DNA of 64,000 nt from Leptospiraceae bacterium (GCA_040217195.1 JAVJNR010000005.1:160001-224000), one strand, 5' to 3'. Positions 30,074 to 40,443 are shown, numbered from the stretch's first letter. Translations and numbers: made by a program. Notes: a model not told the origin generated them from the sequence alone.

Positions 30074-30274
30074 TCAGGAAATTCCGGCTGGCTGCTTGTG
30101 TGATGGATGGTCGGAGGTCTCACATTTACTGGCATCATTTTCACAAACTGAACAGGCTCCGCCCCCTACTCCACCACAGGAACCTTTTATTTCAGATCTG
30201 CCGAATAGAAGTCCGATGCCAATGCCAAGCATTGCTACACCCAGAATTCCAATTGTTAGAAGTACGGTGGTCAT
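30074..30274 (-). CDS. nqrM: Na+-NQR maturation factor NqrM (DUF539)
   Basis: Single TM followed by IKGSCGGV..CSVC...C; adjacent to nqr/apbE. Confidence 0.85.
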   Translation of the reverse strand: MTTVLLTIGILGVAMLGIGIGLLFGRSEIKGSCGGVGGGACSVCENDASKCETSDHPSHKQPAGIS

Positions 30275-30365
30275 ACTGATGTCAAAATAGGAACCAGGCA
30301 GAGATTTGCAAAACCCTTTTTGATTGCTTCGGTCAGTGTATCCGGGTATACGCCGCTACAGGAGG

Positions 30366-33300
30366 CTAAAAAGAGAATCCCACGGAAAATCGGCCTTCCC
30401 ATTGGCTCAAAGGAAGGCTCCGCTTGCCATCGTAGGGAGTGGCCCATTCAATCTTCATCAAAGCTCCCGGAAAAAGAAACCATAGAAAATTGCTCCAGTG
30501 AATTCCCACTCCAAACGATGCATTTAGATCCCGGGTAACACCAACGTCGCCATCGAATGCCTGAAACCGGCGATGATCGTCGAAAGCAGCACCTGCATCA
30601 AAAAAGATGGCTCCTCGTACCAGTCCCGGAGACCAGCGAAACGGGGCCCCGAAAAGCAACTGATGGATGAAGGTAAATCTGTACTCCAGATTCACCACAA
30701 AGGCATTTCTACCTTCAAATTCCAGGAACGGATAGCCTCGAATTGTATAATATCCACCCACGGAAAGTGGATAAAGCTCAGCATCCGGACCGCTGGCTCT
30801 GGCTGCCAGAGCGCGAAAAGCAAATAAAGAGAAATCATCGAATAGATGGTAGAAGCGATACTCGGCTCCGGCAATATACACATGTCTTTGATTTCCCCCG
30901 GGTCGAAAAGGTACGGAGTAACTCAACCGAAGGGCCTGGCCGTCCAGTGGACCATAGATTGAGTTCACTGTATTGTCGAACGTATACTGAAATGTGAAGC
31001 TCTGCCGATTCTGAAATATATCCTCTCTTTCCCTTTGCTCCGGGCCTTCTTGATTGAAAATCTTTTCTTCCCGGGCCACCTCAAAGCTGGCACTTAAGGC
31101 CCCGAAGCTGTGCAATGGATAGGCTATTGCTGCATAACCTCCTGTGCTCCTTTGATCGATTAATCTGAAATAGGGATTGTAGAGCAGCTGGTTTAGACTG
31201 AAATCCAGAAAGCTAAAAATGGCAAACGTTCCTCTTGAGCTGTATAAGCCAGCGTAGAAGTTGGTCCTCCATCTGGTGTAGCCGTACCGAATATCCACAT
31301 TTGTATTTACTGGATTATCTTGATAGGTTATCAATCCTTCCAGGTCATGAAAGCCAGAATCATCCGCCAGCGCAAAGTAGGCAGCACCAGCCAGACTTGT
31401 ATTTCCCCGAGCATCGCTACCGCCAGTAATAAAAAGAATTGGTGGTCTGGCCAGGGTGAGAATGGGATCGTAGGGCCGATTCAGTGACTGCAGGTCCGGC
31501 GAATTCGCATTCAGTGGTGGCAGCGAATAGTCAGAAGGCAGGAAGGTAGCCAGACTTGCATCTGTGACTGGCTTAAAGTCCTGGCCAGTTTCCGGTTCGA
31601 GCATACGCACTTCAAGTGCACCCTCTTCTAGTCGGGAAAATAGAAGCGCAAATCTTCGATCCACTCCTGCCTCGGCAAAGGGGACTTCAGTGCCTGCAGC
31701 ATTTCCAGGGACATTCCTTTTCTCATTCGCATCGTCTTCAATCGATGAACCCACATGTGCATGAAGATAGAGTATCTCCGTTGACGATGAAGTAATCCTC
31801 TGAATGCCAGCCGGGCCTGCTGTAGTTGTTCTACGGCAGGCATCGTTTAGGCGGTAAACATTTCTCACCCCTTCATGATTGGAAAGAAAATAAACAGAGC
31901 ATCCTGGTCCGCTCACTGGATGACTGATATCGCCAGAAATTTCAATTAAGGCTGTGGCCTTCATTTCCCCGCATTTACGAAATAGAGTGCGATACCCTGC
32001 ATCTGCAGGGCGATTTGGATTGCCCCGATCCGATACATAGAATACGCATCCATTCTTTTCTATTGCATCGGATTCATGGAAAGGATTTTGACTCAGTCGC
32101 TGCAGAGATCTGGTCTTCCAGTCCAGACGGTATAGATCCGATGTAGCACCAGAAACCCCGGTAAACAGAATGGAATTTCTTTCTGTAAATACAGGATACT
32201 GCACCATGTCAAAAGGTAAAGGGATGAATTCCAGTAAATCTCCGTTATCCAGCGATACCTGCGCAATACCCGGTCGGCCTTCTTTGCGAGTCACAAGAAA
32301 AATAGTTCCTTCCGGCCCAAAGCTTAAGCGATTTGTAAGCGGATACCATTGTTCGAAGTCCGGTGAACGAAGCTGTCGCAGAATAAGCATTCGTTGCTGG
32401 CGCTTTTCCATGGCCATCCCTGGCTGGCCCACTCGCTGGATAAACAGAGCAGGAAAAATTCCGTCATAACTTAAATAGGCGAAGTACTTTCCATCTGGAG
32501 AAAAGACCGGACGCAATTGAAATCCAACTCCATCCATATAACGGAAGGTAAGCCTGGATATTCTACTATCTGATTCCGATGTGGCCATGGCCTTTCCATA
32601 CCGAGCCGATAAGAAGTCTCGGTACAGCAAATCGAACGCTCCAGGAGACAGGCCAAAGGCGGATAAAAAAGCTAACTCCAGATCATCCAGTGTCACCAGT
32701 TCCTTATAGAAGAAGCCGATCCGCTCTTCGCCAAAGGTCTGGGCCATAAAATGCATTATGGATTGCCCGCCTTTATAGTACATATAGGGATTTACATTTC
32801 CAGAATGAAGCTGGGCCAGACCAGGCATTCTATGATGAATCATTAGATCTCGAATTCGAGCATCTGCATCGGCATCCCAGCCAACGGAAAGATATTCGCA
32901 CATTCCTTCCATGAGCCAGAGCGGATATCTTCCCGGATTTCCGTCGGCTATGTCGAATTGATAGGCATGGATTATTTCATGGACCAGAACATGTCTTAAC
33001 TTCTGGTAATCCCCGTTAAACGGTAGAACGACCCGATGCCTGGCAAAATCTGTAAACCCACCCGTGGATTCAGATGGCACAATGGGAAGAATCGTTGTGG
33101 CCTGAAAGTCCTGGTCCGAAGGGTAAATAAAGACCTTGATCTTATGACCGATGGAATGTCGCAGAACTTCTTCGATTCGATTGGACTCGGACTCGGCAAT
33201 CCGTCCGGCTTCCAGAGCAAGCAAATAGCTTCCCTTTTGATAATGAATCTGAAACCGATCGGTTTCCAGGATCCTCCATTGCGGAGGATTCAAAGAGATT

Positions 33301-33380
33301 TTTTGCTGCGCCGCCAGGGCTCCAGGCAAGATCAATACCCCGAGAATCAGCAATGCGACAAAATCCTTGACCCTCTGCAT
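30366..33380 (-). CDS. Omp85/BamA-family barrel fused to N-terminal zinc metallopeptidase (MA-like) and TolB-like propeller
   Basis: Signal peptide from ATG 33380; HEIIH..WLMEGMCEY; PVFSPDGK; TIRGY, FFDAG and a terminal Phe. Confidence 0.8.
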   Translation of the reverse strand: MQRVKDFVALLILGVLILPGALAAQQKISLNPPQWRILETDRFQIHYQKGSYLLALEAGRIAESESNRIEEVLRHSIGHKIKVFIYPSDQDFQATTILPIVPSESTGGFTDFARHRVVLPFNGDYQKLRHVLVHEIIHAYQFDIADGNPGRYPLWLMEGMCEYLSVGWDADADARIRDLMIHHRMPGLAQLHSGNVNPYMYYKGGQSIMHFMAQTFGEERIGFFYKELVTLDDLELAFLSAFGLSPGAFDLLYRDFLSARYGKAMATSESDSRISRLTFRYMDGVGFQLRPVFSPDGKYFAYLSYDGIFPALFIQRVGQPGMAMEKRQQRMLILRQLRSPDFEQWYPLTNRLSFGPEGTIFLVTRKEGRPGIAQVSLDNGDLLEFIPLPFDMVQYPVFTERNSILFTGVSGATSDLYRLDWKTRSLQRLSQNPFHESDAIEKNGCVFYVSDRGNPNRPADAGYRTLFRKCGEMKATALIEISGDISHPVSGPGCSVYFLSNHEGVRNVYRLNDACRRTTTAGPAGIQRITSSSTEILYLHAHVGSSIEDDANEKRNVPGNAAGTEVPFAEAGVDRRFALLFSRLEEGALEVRMLEPETGQDFKPVTDASLATFLPSDYSLPPLNANSPDLQSLNRPYDPILTLARPPILFITGGSDARGNTSLAGAAYFALADDSGFHDLEGLITYQDNPVNTNVDIRYGYTRWRTNFYAGLYSSRGTFAIFSFLDFSLNQLLYNPYFRLIDQRSTGGYAAIAYPLHSFGALSASFEVAREEKIFNQEGPEQREREDIFQNRQSFTFQYTFDNTVNSIYGPLDGQALRLSYSVPFRPGGNQRHVYIAGAEYRFYHLFDDFSLFAFRALAARASGPDAELYPLSVGGYYTIRGYPFLEFEGRNAFVVNLEYRFTFIHQLLFGAPFRWSPGLVRGAIFFDAGAAFDDHRRFQAFDGDVGVTRDLNASFGVGIHWSNFLWFLFPGALMKIEWATPYDGKRSLPLSQWEGRFSVGFSF

Positions 33381-33414
33381 GGGCGAGCCTTTTCTCCTAT
33401 TCGTCCCTCTCTCT

Positions 33415-35580
33415 ATGGATAAGAAATGGTACATTCTTGCTGGACTGACGCTCATACTGCTGCTGGGCGGCTGGCTTTCCATCCCTTTACTGGAGTCCCG
33501 CCTTCAAACCTCCCTGGAAGAAATGAATCTGGAGACCCAGATTCAAAAGGAGCTGGAGACCACCGGACTCAGGCTCACATTCCAGGGAAAGAGATTTGAA
33601 CTACGTCACGGACTGATTCTCAAGGGAGCCAGACTGGAGAAAGAAGAAAACGGCCGTTTCCATGAAGTGGCCCATTTCAGAGATCTGGTTCTGGACATAT
33701 CCTATCTGGCCTGGCTAACCGGCGGCCAACCTCTAAGAAGTATCCGAAGCTATAATGGTAGGCTTTTCTCTGACAAACTACTGAGCCATAGATCTGGCTC
33801 CTTTCTGGAAGAACTACGTACCCTTCTGGAATCTCGTAACCTGGAAATCCATCTTCAGAATATGGCCTGGGAATCCTCCGGAAATACATTGCAATCGGGC
33901 ATACTGGCTGATTTCAACCTGGAGCCAGAAGAATCCGGCCTGGATCTGGATTTTAGATTCTATGGAGACAGCGGAGAAATCCGATTCCATGGAACATTGA
34001 ACAAAGAAGATCGACGTATTTTTATCACTCTCTCTGAAGTACCGCTGAAATTACTGATGGATTTCATGCGAACTTCAGATTCAGTTCCTTCGCTTCAAAT
34101 CCTGCCTTCCTGGACTGGAGTGCGCGGAGAACTGAATGGTAAAGGAAGCATGGACCTGCAGACTCCAGGTACGGCTATTAATCTAAAAGGGCAATTCCAT
34201 AGTTTGAATCTGGATGGAGGAGAACCCCTAGGTCTGCGGTTTCGGAATCTGGAAGGAGATTACCATTTTACACAGGTTCATTCCTATAAGAAAGGAGTTC
34301 TGAAAGCGGACGTTAGCATCCAGGCAGCACCATTTATGGAACTCACCCTGGCCTACAGTAAGGAAGAGGACGGTCTACCAAATTCCACACATATTTCCGG
34401 TACCATGCAACTGCAGGATATGCGCGACGATAGTACCACTTCCATTTACAACACGTTGATCCATTGTAACGGATTAATAGAGTTTGATGTTGGGGCCAGA
34501 TATAATGAATCCCTGAGCCGCATCGATCTCGATCCAGAAATCAAATTACAGAATTTCCAGATCTTTCCTCCCCGGACCTGGCCTGGAGGCCAGGAATCGC
34601 TGGCGAACATTGACTTGCACCTGGATCCTTCGAGTAACCGGCTTTCTGGTAAAGGAACCATTCTGGATGCATCGTTCTTAATGGACTCCACCGGATCTGT
34701 GGAATTAGTAAAGGTGGGCCAAGGGCAGCTTCGTCTTGTACAGAATCTGGATCACTCGATTACAATTGATGGCCTATCCTATCGTAGACTTACAGAGCTA
34801 TTGATTCATTCCCATGCCTGGATCCTGGATCGGGCATCCAGACCGGATGCGAAAAAAGCAGAAGATCAGGGCCCGCTCTGGGAGAATGAATTCATCGATA
34901 TGCCACTCTACACACAGCTTCTGGCAGGCCTGAACCTTAAGGGTCAAATCAAGCTGGTGAACCTCAAAGGAGCCACCGGGCTGCCTCAAAAAGCTACTCT
35001 AAGACTTTCTTCCAACCCTCAAAACTTCAATCTGACTCTGGATGAGGACCGGGGTGAACCAGGATTGCTTCGCGGACGGTACATGGGTGTCTGGAATGAG
35101 CAACTGCCCAGCCATACGATTAGCTTAAACATCAAGCAAAAGCAAATCAATGTGGATTGGCCCGGGCTTACAGGAAAGAAGGGACCATCCGCCATTAGCA
35201 TCGATGCTAATTTCAGTTCCAGCGGTTTGTATCCCGCCGACATAATGAACTACAGCAACGGTAACATGTATTTTGAAGCCAGGGATATGGACATCAAAGC
35301 TTTTGCTCCATTCGAACTTGCGTTGAAGATGCTGGGTAAGCCCATTCCAGAAGGACCTGTCATAGGCGACATCGAAGTTGTTCGTTCAGGAACCGGGCAG
35401 CAAATCGAATACTATCGCATTGTAGTAGAAACAGAAGATATGGTTGCCCGAGGTGGCGGCAGTTACACAATCTACGAAGGTGGCAATACCTGGCTGAATG
35501 TAGCCATGGATGGCACACAGGAAAAGCTAAACTTTCAGATTCAGAAAAATGGAAAATGGCTACCCGACGATGGCCTTTGA
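33415..35580 (+). CDS. Inner-membrane-anchored beta-rich protein, AsmA/TamB-like (tentative)
   Basis: MDKKWYILAGLTLILLLGGW TM anchor followed by about 700 aa of amphipathic beta-strand pattern (L-x-G-x-G). Confidence 0.55.
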   Translation: MDKKWYILAGLTLILLLGGWLSIPLLESRLQTSLEEMNLETQIQKELETTGLRLTFQGKRFELRHGLILKGARLEKEENGRFHEVAHFRDLVLDISYLAWLTGGQPLRSIRSYNGRLFSDKLLSHRSGSFLEELRTLLESRNLEIHLQNMAWESSGNTLQSGILADFNLEPEESGLDLDFRFYGDSGEIRFHGTLNKEDRRIFITLSEVPLKLLMDFMRTSDSVPSLQILPSWTGVRGELNGKGSMDLQTPGTAINLKGQFHSLNLDGGEPLGLRFRNLEGDYHFTQVHSYKKGVLKADVSIQAAPFMELTLAYSKEEDGLPNSTHISGTMQLQDMRDDSTTSIYNTLIHCNGLIEFDVGARYNESLSRIDLDPEIKLQNFQIFPPRTWPGGQESLANIDLHLDPSSNRLSGKGTILDASFLMDSTGSVELVKVGQGQLRLVQNLDHSITIDGLSYRRLTELLIHSHAWILDRASRPDAKKAEDQGPLWENEFIDMPLYTQLLAGLNLKGQIKLVNLKGATGLPQKATLRLSSNPQNFNLTLDEDRGEPGLLRGRYMGVWNEQLPSHTISLNIKQKQINVDWPGLTGKKGPSAISIDANFSSSGLYPADIMNYSNGNMYFEARDMDIKAFAPFELALKMLGKPIPEGPVIGDIEVVRSGTGQQIEYYRIVVETEDMVARGGGSYTIYEGGNTWLNVAMDGTQEKLNFQIQKNGKWLPDDGL

Positions 35581-35612
35581 TACTTCCCTGTGAGGGTTTC
35601 CACTTGATTTCA

Positions 35613-36008
35613 ATGAGAGCCATTCAAAGATCTTATTTGCTCAAGCGCATTGCTGCCAGCCTGGTTGCCTCCCTGCTGGTGTTTGCTCTGACCGGCCACT
35701 GCTCCGAAGAATCTCCGGAAGAATACATGGAATCCATCAAGAAGGATCCTGGTGATTATGCCGGTCATTATTCCCTGCAGCCCTCCCGGACGGAGCACTC
35801 TGTTATCCTGCAGGAAGATGGCACAGCCATCAGCGAAAGGGATGGTCGCAAGCAACTGGGATTTGTTCAGCGGGATACTCGAATGCTGCGAATCTACCTC
35901 GAGGATCGGAATCGACCCACAGGCATATTTCTACTGTCCGATTACAATCCTACAGACTGGCGGGGAATGTGGAATGGCGCGGTCCGCATTCTACGAAAAC
36001 AGCCCTGA
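35613..36008 (+). CDS. Small hypothetical lipoprotein
   Basis: KRIAASLVASLLVFALTGHC lipobox-like signal; YAGHYSL...ILQEDGTA. Confidence 0.6.
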   Translation: MRAIQRSYLLKRIAASLVASLLVFALTGHCSEESPEEYMESIKKDPGDYAGHYSLQPSRTEHSVILQEDGTAISERDGRKQLGFVQRDTRMLRIYLEDRNRPTGIFLLSDYNPTDWRGMWNGAVRILRKQP

Positions 36009-36114
36009 GATACTGACTTCGATTCAGGCTTGCCAGTAGGCTTCCGTTTCAGCACATCCTGAAAACCCATATCTCTGCAATTTTTATGCTAAATACACAT
36101 ATTTATGGATTTTT

Positions 36115-36612
36115 TTGCCCGGATCGCAGGGGGAAAGAATCAAGCCGTGTTGCAGCCATCCAGGGAAGCTGTACATCGGCACTGTGCCTTCGGCCTACGA
36201 TAAACTTCTGCTGGAACTGATCTCTCGCTTTGGCCAGGACGTAAAGCTATACCGGGAAAATCGAGGCCTGCGGATGTCCGATGCTGCAGAGGATCTGCGA
36301 AAGCGATATGGACTGAAGATCGATCAGAGCTATCTTTCGCGCATCGAATCAGGCCAGGTGGATATAAAGTTGAAGCACTTCCTGGCACTGGCAGATTATC
36401 TTCAGCTGGATATTTCTTCTCTGGTGGCCTCCTTAACGGCTCCTTCAGGAATCGAATATATAGCCCGAGATCCATATGTTTTTCGTTCATTGATCCGACT
36501 CAGGGAAGAACTGGGGCCGGAGGATGCACTACAAACCCTGAATCAGTTTTTCGAATGGATGGAAGATTACGATTCCCGTCGCAAAAGGAATGGAGGGAAA
36601 AAGAAGAACTGA
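36115..36612 (+). CDS. XRE-family HTH protein (start uncertain)
   Basis: FGQDVKLYRENRGL...IDQSYLSRIESG...LALADYL. Confidence 0.8.
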   Translation: MPGSQGERIKPCCSHPGKLYIGTVPSAYDKLLLELISRFGQDVKLYRENRGLRMSDAAEDLRKRYGLKIDQSYLSRIESGQVDIKLKHFLALADYLQLDISSLVASLTAPSGIEYIARDPYVFRSLIRLREELGPEDALQTLNQFFEWMEDYDSRRKRNGGKKKN

Positions 36613-36659
36613 ATTGCTCTTGACTGGATGGTGGAAGCAAGCACCCCTGATCCGTTCTC

Positions 36660-37286
36660 ATGAAGTTCCGGGACGCCTTCCAGGAAAAATATCTCACATT
36701 GAGCAACTTTCTCTCGGTGAGTCGTGTACTTCTGGTCCCTCCTTTTCTGTACCTGGGGCATGCATTTAGCCGCACTCCGAACAATTTGTCTTTGCTCTAC
36801 GGTCTGTTGATCATAGTCTTTGTGGCCGTGCTCACCGACTTCCTGGATGGATTTCTGGCTCGCAGATGGAACCAGGTAACCATGGTTGGACAGTATCTGG
36901 ATCCAATTTGTGATAAGATTGTAACCCTCGCTGCGCTAACTCTGCTTCTGGTGGATTTCGATTTTCCCATCTGGATCTATGCATTTTACTGGTTACGAGA
37001 AGTGGCCGGGGTCTGGGCCGGAACATTTCTGTACTTCAAAAGAGACATTCAGGGTAAGCCCAATATCTGGGGCAAAATAGGGGTCTTTGTAGTTGGCCTC
37101 TGCACAACCTGGTATCTACTCAATCCATTTCTCAAGCAGTATCTGGCAGCGGAGCACTGGCTCACCCATCCTGTGATTTCAGCCTACCTGCTGGCACTGG
37201 TGCTGGTTCTGGGAATTATTTCCTATGCCAGGGATTATGGTAAACTTGTGTTCAGACCGGACTCCATTGAGGACCGAAAAGAGTAG
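36660..37286 (+). CDS. pgsA: CDP-alcohol phosphatidyltransferase (PgsA-like)
   Basis: NFLSVSR, TDFLDGFLARRWNQVT.VGQYLDPICDK. Confidence 0.8.
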   Translation: MKFRDAFQEKYLTLSNFLSVSRVLLVPPFLYLGHAFSRTPNNLSLLYGLLIIVFVAVLTDFLDGFLARRWNQVTMVGQYLDPICDKIVTLAALTLLLVDFDFPIWIYAFYWLREVAGVWAGTFLYFKRDIQGKPNIWGKIGVFVVGLCTTWYLLNPFLKQYLAAEHWLTHPVISAYLLALVLVLGIISYARDYGKLVFRPDSIEDRKE

Positions 37287-37535
37287 AATCCCAAATTCTT
37301 TTCCTCCTGCCATATTTCTTTCACTTGACGCCTGTATAGTGCACGATAATGCTTCTTTATGTCACAGGGCTGATTTAGAGTGGAATCATCCGCAGGGGTC
37401 AGACCTATGGAATTCATACTTCGGAAATACGTAGGATGAGTCTATACTGAATAAAATCAGGGACAAATAGTCTGTAGCTGACCCGAAAGGTAACCGGCCA
37501 GAGGCCGGATCAGAAACTTCAGCAAGGAAATCAAA

Positions 37536-38657
37536 ATGGCAAAGAAGAAAGTAGAGAAGATCAATCTGGACAAGAAGCCCGAAAAGAATGAGCGGGCCCA
37601 GGCTGTAGAAGGAGCCATCCAGCAAATCGAAAAGCAATTTGGAAAGGGCTCTATTATGAAGCTGGGCGACAATTCAGTTCGTGCAGAAATGGGCTTCATC
37701 CCCACAGGTGCCATGACTCTGGACTTTGCCCTGGGCCTGGGCGGATTCCCTCGCGGTCGAATCGTAGAAATCTACGGACCAGAGTCTTCAGGAAAAACCA
37801 CTCTCTGTCTTTCTGCTGTGGCCAATGCGCAGCGTAGCGGTGGAATTGCTGCCTTTGTAGATGCGGAGCATGCTCTGGACCCCAGTTTTGCCACACGTCT
37901 TGGCGTAAACATAGATGATCTTCTGGTTGCTCAACCGGATAACGGCGAGGAGGCTCTGGAAATTACGGAATCTCTGGTGCGTTCCAATGCTGTGGATGTT
38001 ATCGTTGTGGACTCTGTGGCGGCCCTGGTGCCCCGCTCGGAACTGGAAGGTAACATGGGCGATGCACAGATGGGTTTGCATGCAAGGCTTATGAGCCAGG
38101 CAATGCGCAAGCTTACAGGCACTATCTCAAAATCAAATACCACTATCATATTCGTAAATCAAATCAGAAACAAGATTGGAGTGATGTTCGGCTCCCCGGA
38201 AACCACCACAGGCGGAAATGCACTGAAGTTTTATGCATCCGTTCGTCTGGATATTCGCAGAATCGAAACCCTGAAAAAAGGAGATAGTCCCTTTGGAAAC
38301 CGAGTTCGAGTGAAGGTAGTTAAAAACAAAGTGGCTCCTCCTTTCCGTCAGGCTGAATTTGATATTCTATTCGATTCGGGTATTAATCGCGAAGGTTGTA
38401 TTCTGGACCTTTCTCTGGAACATGGCCTCATTGAGCGTTCTGGAACATGGTACTCCCATCAGAGCAACCGAATTGGACAGGGCCGCGATAATGCATGTAA
38501 CTTTCTAAAAGAGAATCCTGATATCATGGAAGAGCTGGATACAGCTCTGCGCAAGATACTGAAGGAAATGCGCGCACCGGCCAAAGCAAAAGAGGAAGCT
38601 GTACCGGAAGTAGATCCAGAAACAGGCGAAATCCTGAATGAGGAAGCCGCTGGATGA
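37536..38657 (+). CDS. recA: Recombinase RecA
   Basis: [40 protein letters not shown]. Confidence 0.99.
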   Translation: MAKKKVEKINLDKKPEKNERAQAVEGAIQQIEKQFGKGSIMKLGDNSVRAEMGFIPTGAMTLDFALGLGGFPRGRIVEIYGPESSGKTTLCLSAVANAQRSGGIAAFVDAEHALDPSFATRLGVNIDDLLVAQPDNGEEALEITESLVRSNAVDVIVVDSVAALVPRSELEGNMGDAQMGLHARLMSQAMRKLTGTISKSNTTIIFVNQIRNKIGVMFGSPETTTGGNALKFYASVRLDIRRIETLKKGDSPFGNRVRVKVVKNKVAPPFRQAEFDILFDSGINREGCILDLSLEHGLIERSGTWYSHQSNRIGQGRDNACNFLKENPDIMEELDTALRKILKEMRAPAKAKEEAVPEVDPETGEILNEEAAG

Positions 38658-39703
38658 TTCCTGTTTCCATATTTGGAGGTGCCGGGCTCACCGGGCGAGA
38701 GCTACTAACCTGGCTGAGGCATCACCCTCAGGCCAGGCCGGTATTCGTTACATCTGATCAGCATGCCGGGTCCACAGTTGAGCAGGTATTTCCGGAGATC
38801 ACTGAATTTCCGGACCTAAAATTCTCCCGACATTCCGATTCCTGCCCGGCTGAATCCGTGGCCTTTCTGGCCACTCCGAACAAAACCAGCATGGATCTGG
38901 TTCCCCGTTTGCTGGACCAGGGCCTGAAGGTAATTGATCTCAGTGGTAGCTTTCGCATTCCAGATAAGGAATTGTTCGAACAGTACTACGGTCTGGAGCA
39001 TAGCTCGTTTTCTACAATCAACGAAGCGGTATATGGCATGCCTGAACTATTCCGCGAGCAAATCAAGACCGCTCGATTCGTATCCAACCCTGGCTGCTAT
39101 CCCACAGGCTCCATTCTACCGCTATTTTTTCTGGGCGAGAATCGCAAGGATGTGCGACAGGTAATCGTTGATGCAAAATCCGGAGTTTCTGGAGCTGGCG
39201 GCCGAACGGAAGATTCTGGATTTGCCTTTCAGAATGTGTATGAGAACTTTCGTGCCTACAAAGTATTGAAACATCAACATACCCCGGAAATTCAGATCTA
39301 TTCAAGAAAGGATATGGAACGCTTTCGCAGTCCAGAAGAGTCTGCAAACAGTCCGGCTCTGGTTTTTACTCCGCATCTGCTTCCCATGTATCGAGGTATA
39401 CTATCCACTATTGCCATAGAATGGAAATCCTCAGCTCCAGCGGATCTGGACCAGATTTACCGGGAAGCAGCGTCCCGGGAGCCATTCCTCCGCTTCCTGG
39501 ATACTCCGGAGCAGGTAGATCTTCGCAGAGTGCAGCATACCAATTTTCTGGATTTTGGAGTACGTACAATGGGTAATATCTCCATCGTTGTTTCTGCTAT
39601 TGACAATCTGGTAAAAGGTGCTGCCGGTCAGGCAATCCAGAATATGAATCTAATGCTTGGTCTGGATGAAAGGGCGGGTCTGCTGGAGAATCGGCCAGGT
39701 TAG
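38654..39703 (+). CDS. argC: N-acetyl-gamma-glutamyl-phosphate reductase
   Basis: [45 protein letters not shown]. Confidence 0.97.
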   Translation: MIPVSIFGGAGLTGRELLTWLRHHPQARPVFVTSDQHAGSTVEQVFPEITEFPDLKFSRHSDSCPAESVAFLATPNKTSMDLVPRLLDQGLKVIDLSGSFRIPDKELFEQYYGLEHSSFSTINEAVYGMPELFREQIKTARFVSNPGCYPTGSILPLFFLGENRKDVRQVIVDAKSGVSGAGGRTEDSGFAFQNVYENFRAYKVLKHQHTPEIQIYSRKDMERFRSPEESANSPALVFTPHLLPMYRGILSTIAIEWKSSAPADLDQIYREAASREPFLRFLDTPEQVDLRRVQHTNFLDFGVRTMGNISIVVSAIDNLVKGAAGQAIQNMNLMLGLDERAGLLENRPG

Positions 39704-39759
39704 CTCATTTAAGTCAGTACCGGTCCAGAGATCCGGATTAATAGTCGACCCGAATAGAA

Positions 39760-40443
39760 TCACATCAGCTCGTCTATAAAATCCTCCAGATTCGTTTCCC
39801 TTCCAAAAAGAACCAGAATATCGTTGGATTTAATGATGGTCTTTCCGTCCGGAATACCGATGAATTCTTGCTTTTCCGTAGGACGTTCTGGGTCTTCCGC
39901 TCTTCGCACAGTTACTATACTAATATTAAAGCGCTTTTTCAGGTTTGCTCCATTCAGGCTCATCCCAACAAGAGCCGGTGGTGCCTCCACTTCGAATAAT
40001 CTGTAACCCTCTTCGAGAAACATGCTGCGTTTGATGGATGGATGGGCAAACTGCTCGGCCATATTCTCGGCAGCCCTTTCCTCGGGATTGAACAGCTCTT
40101 TCACACCCATCATCTCCAGGATTCTCTTATGCAGTCCCGTGCGATATCGGACAATAAGCTGGCCGTTAAAGACACGACGCAAAATGTCAGCAGTCACTAT
40201 CAGAGTTTCAAAGCTCTGGGCCGCGGACAGTATAACAGTATCCATCTGGTCCACTCCCTGGGATCGCAGAGCCTTTTCATCGGTGGAGTTTAAACACACC
40301 GCATGGGTGCACCTGGTCTTAATCGCTTCTATGGTAGGCAAATCATGATCGATGGCTGTCACTTCATGGCCTTCCTCATGCAGATGCTTCACCAGAGCCT
40401 TGCCAAAATCTCCCAGACCAATTACCGCTATTTTTTTTCTCAT
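39760..40443 (-). CDS. ktrA: Ktr/Trk potassium uptake regulatory subunit
   Basis: AVIGLGDFG Rossmann RCK_N domain plus RCK_C domain. Confidence 0.85.
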   Translation of the reverse strand: MRKKIAVIGLGDFGKALVKHLHEEGHEVTAIDHDLPTIEAIKTRCTHAVCLNSTDEKALRSQGVDQMDTVILSAAQSFETLIVTADILRRVFNGQLIVRYRTGLHKRILEMMGVKELFNPEERAAENMAEQFAHPSIKRSMFLEEGYRLFEVEAPPALVGMSLNGANLKKRFNISIVTVRRAEDPERPTEKQEFIGIPDGKTIIKSNDILVLFGRETNLEDFIDELM

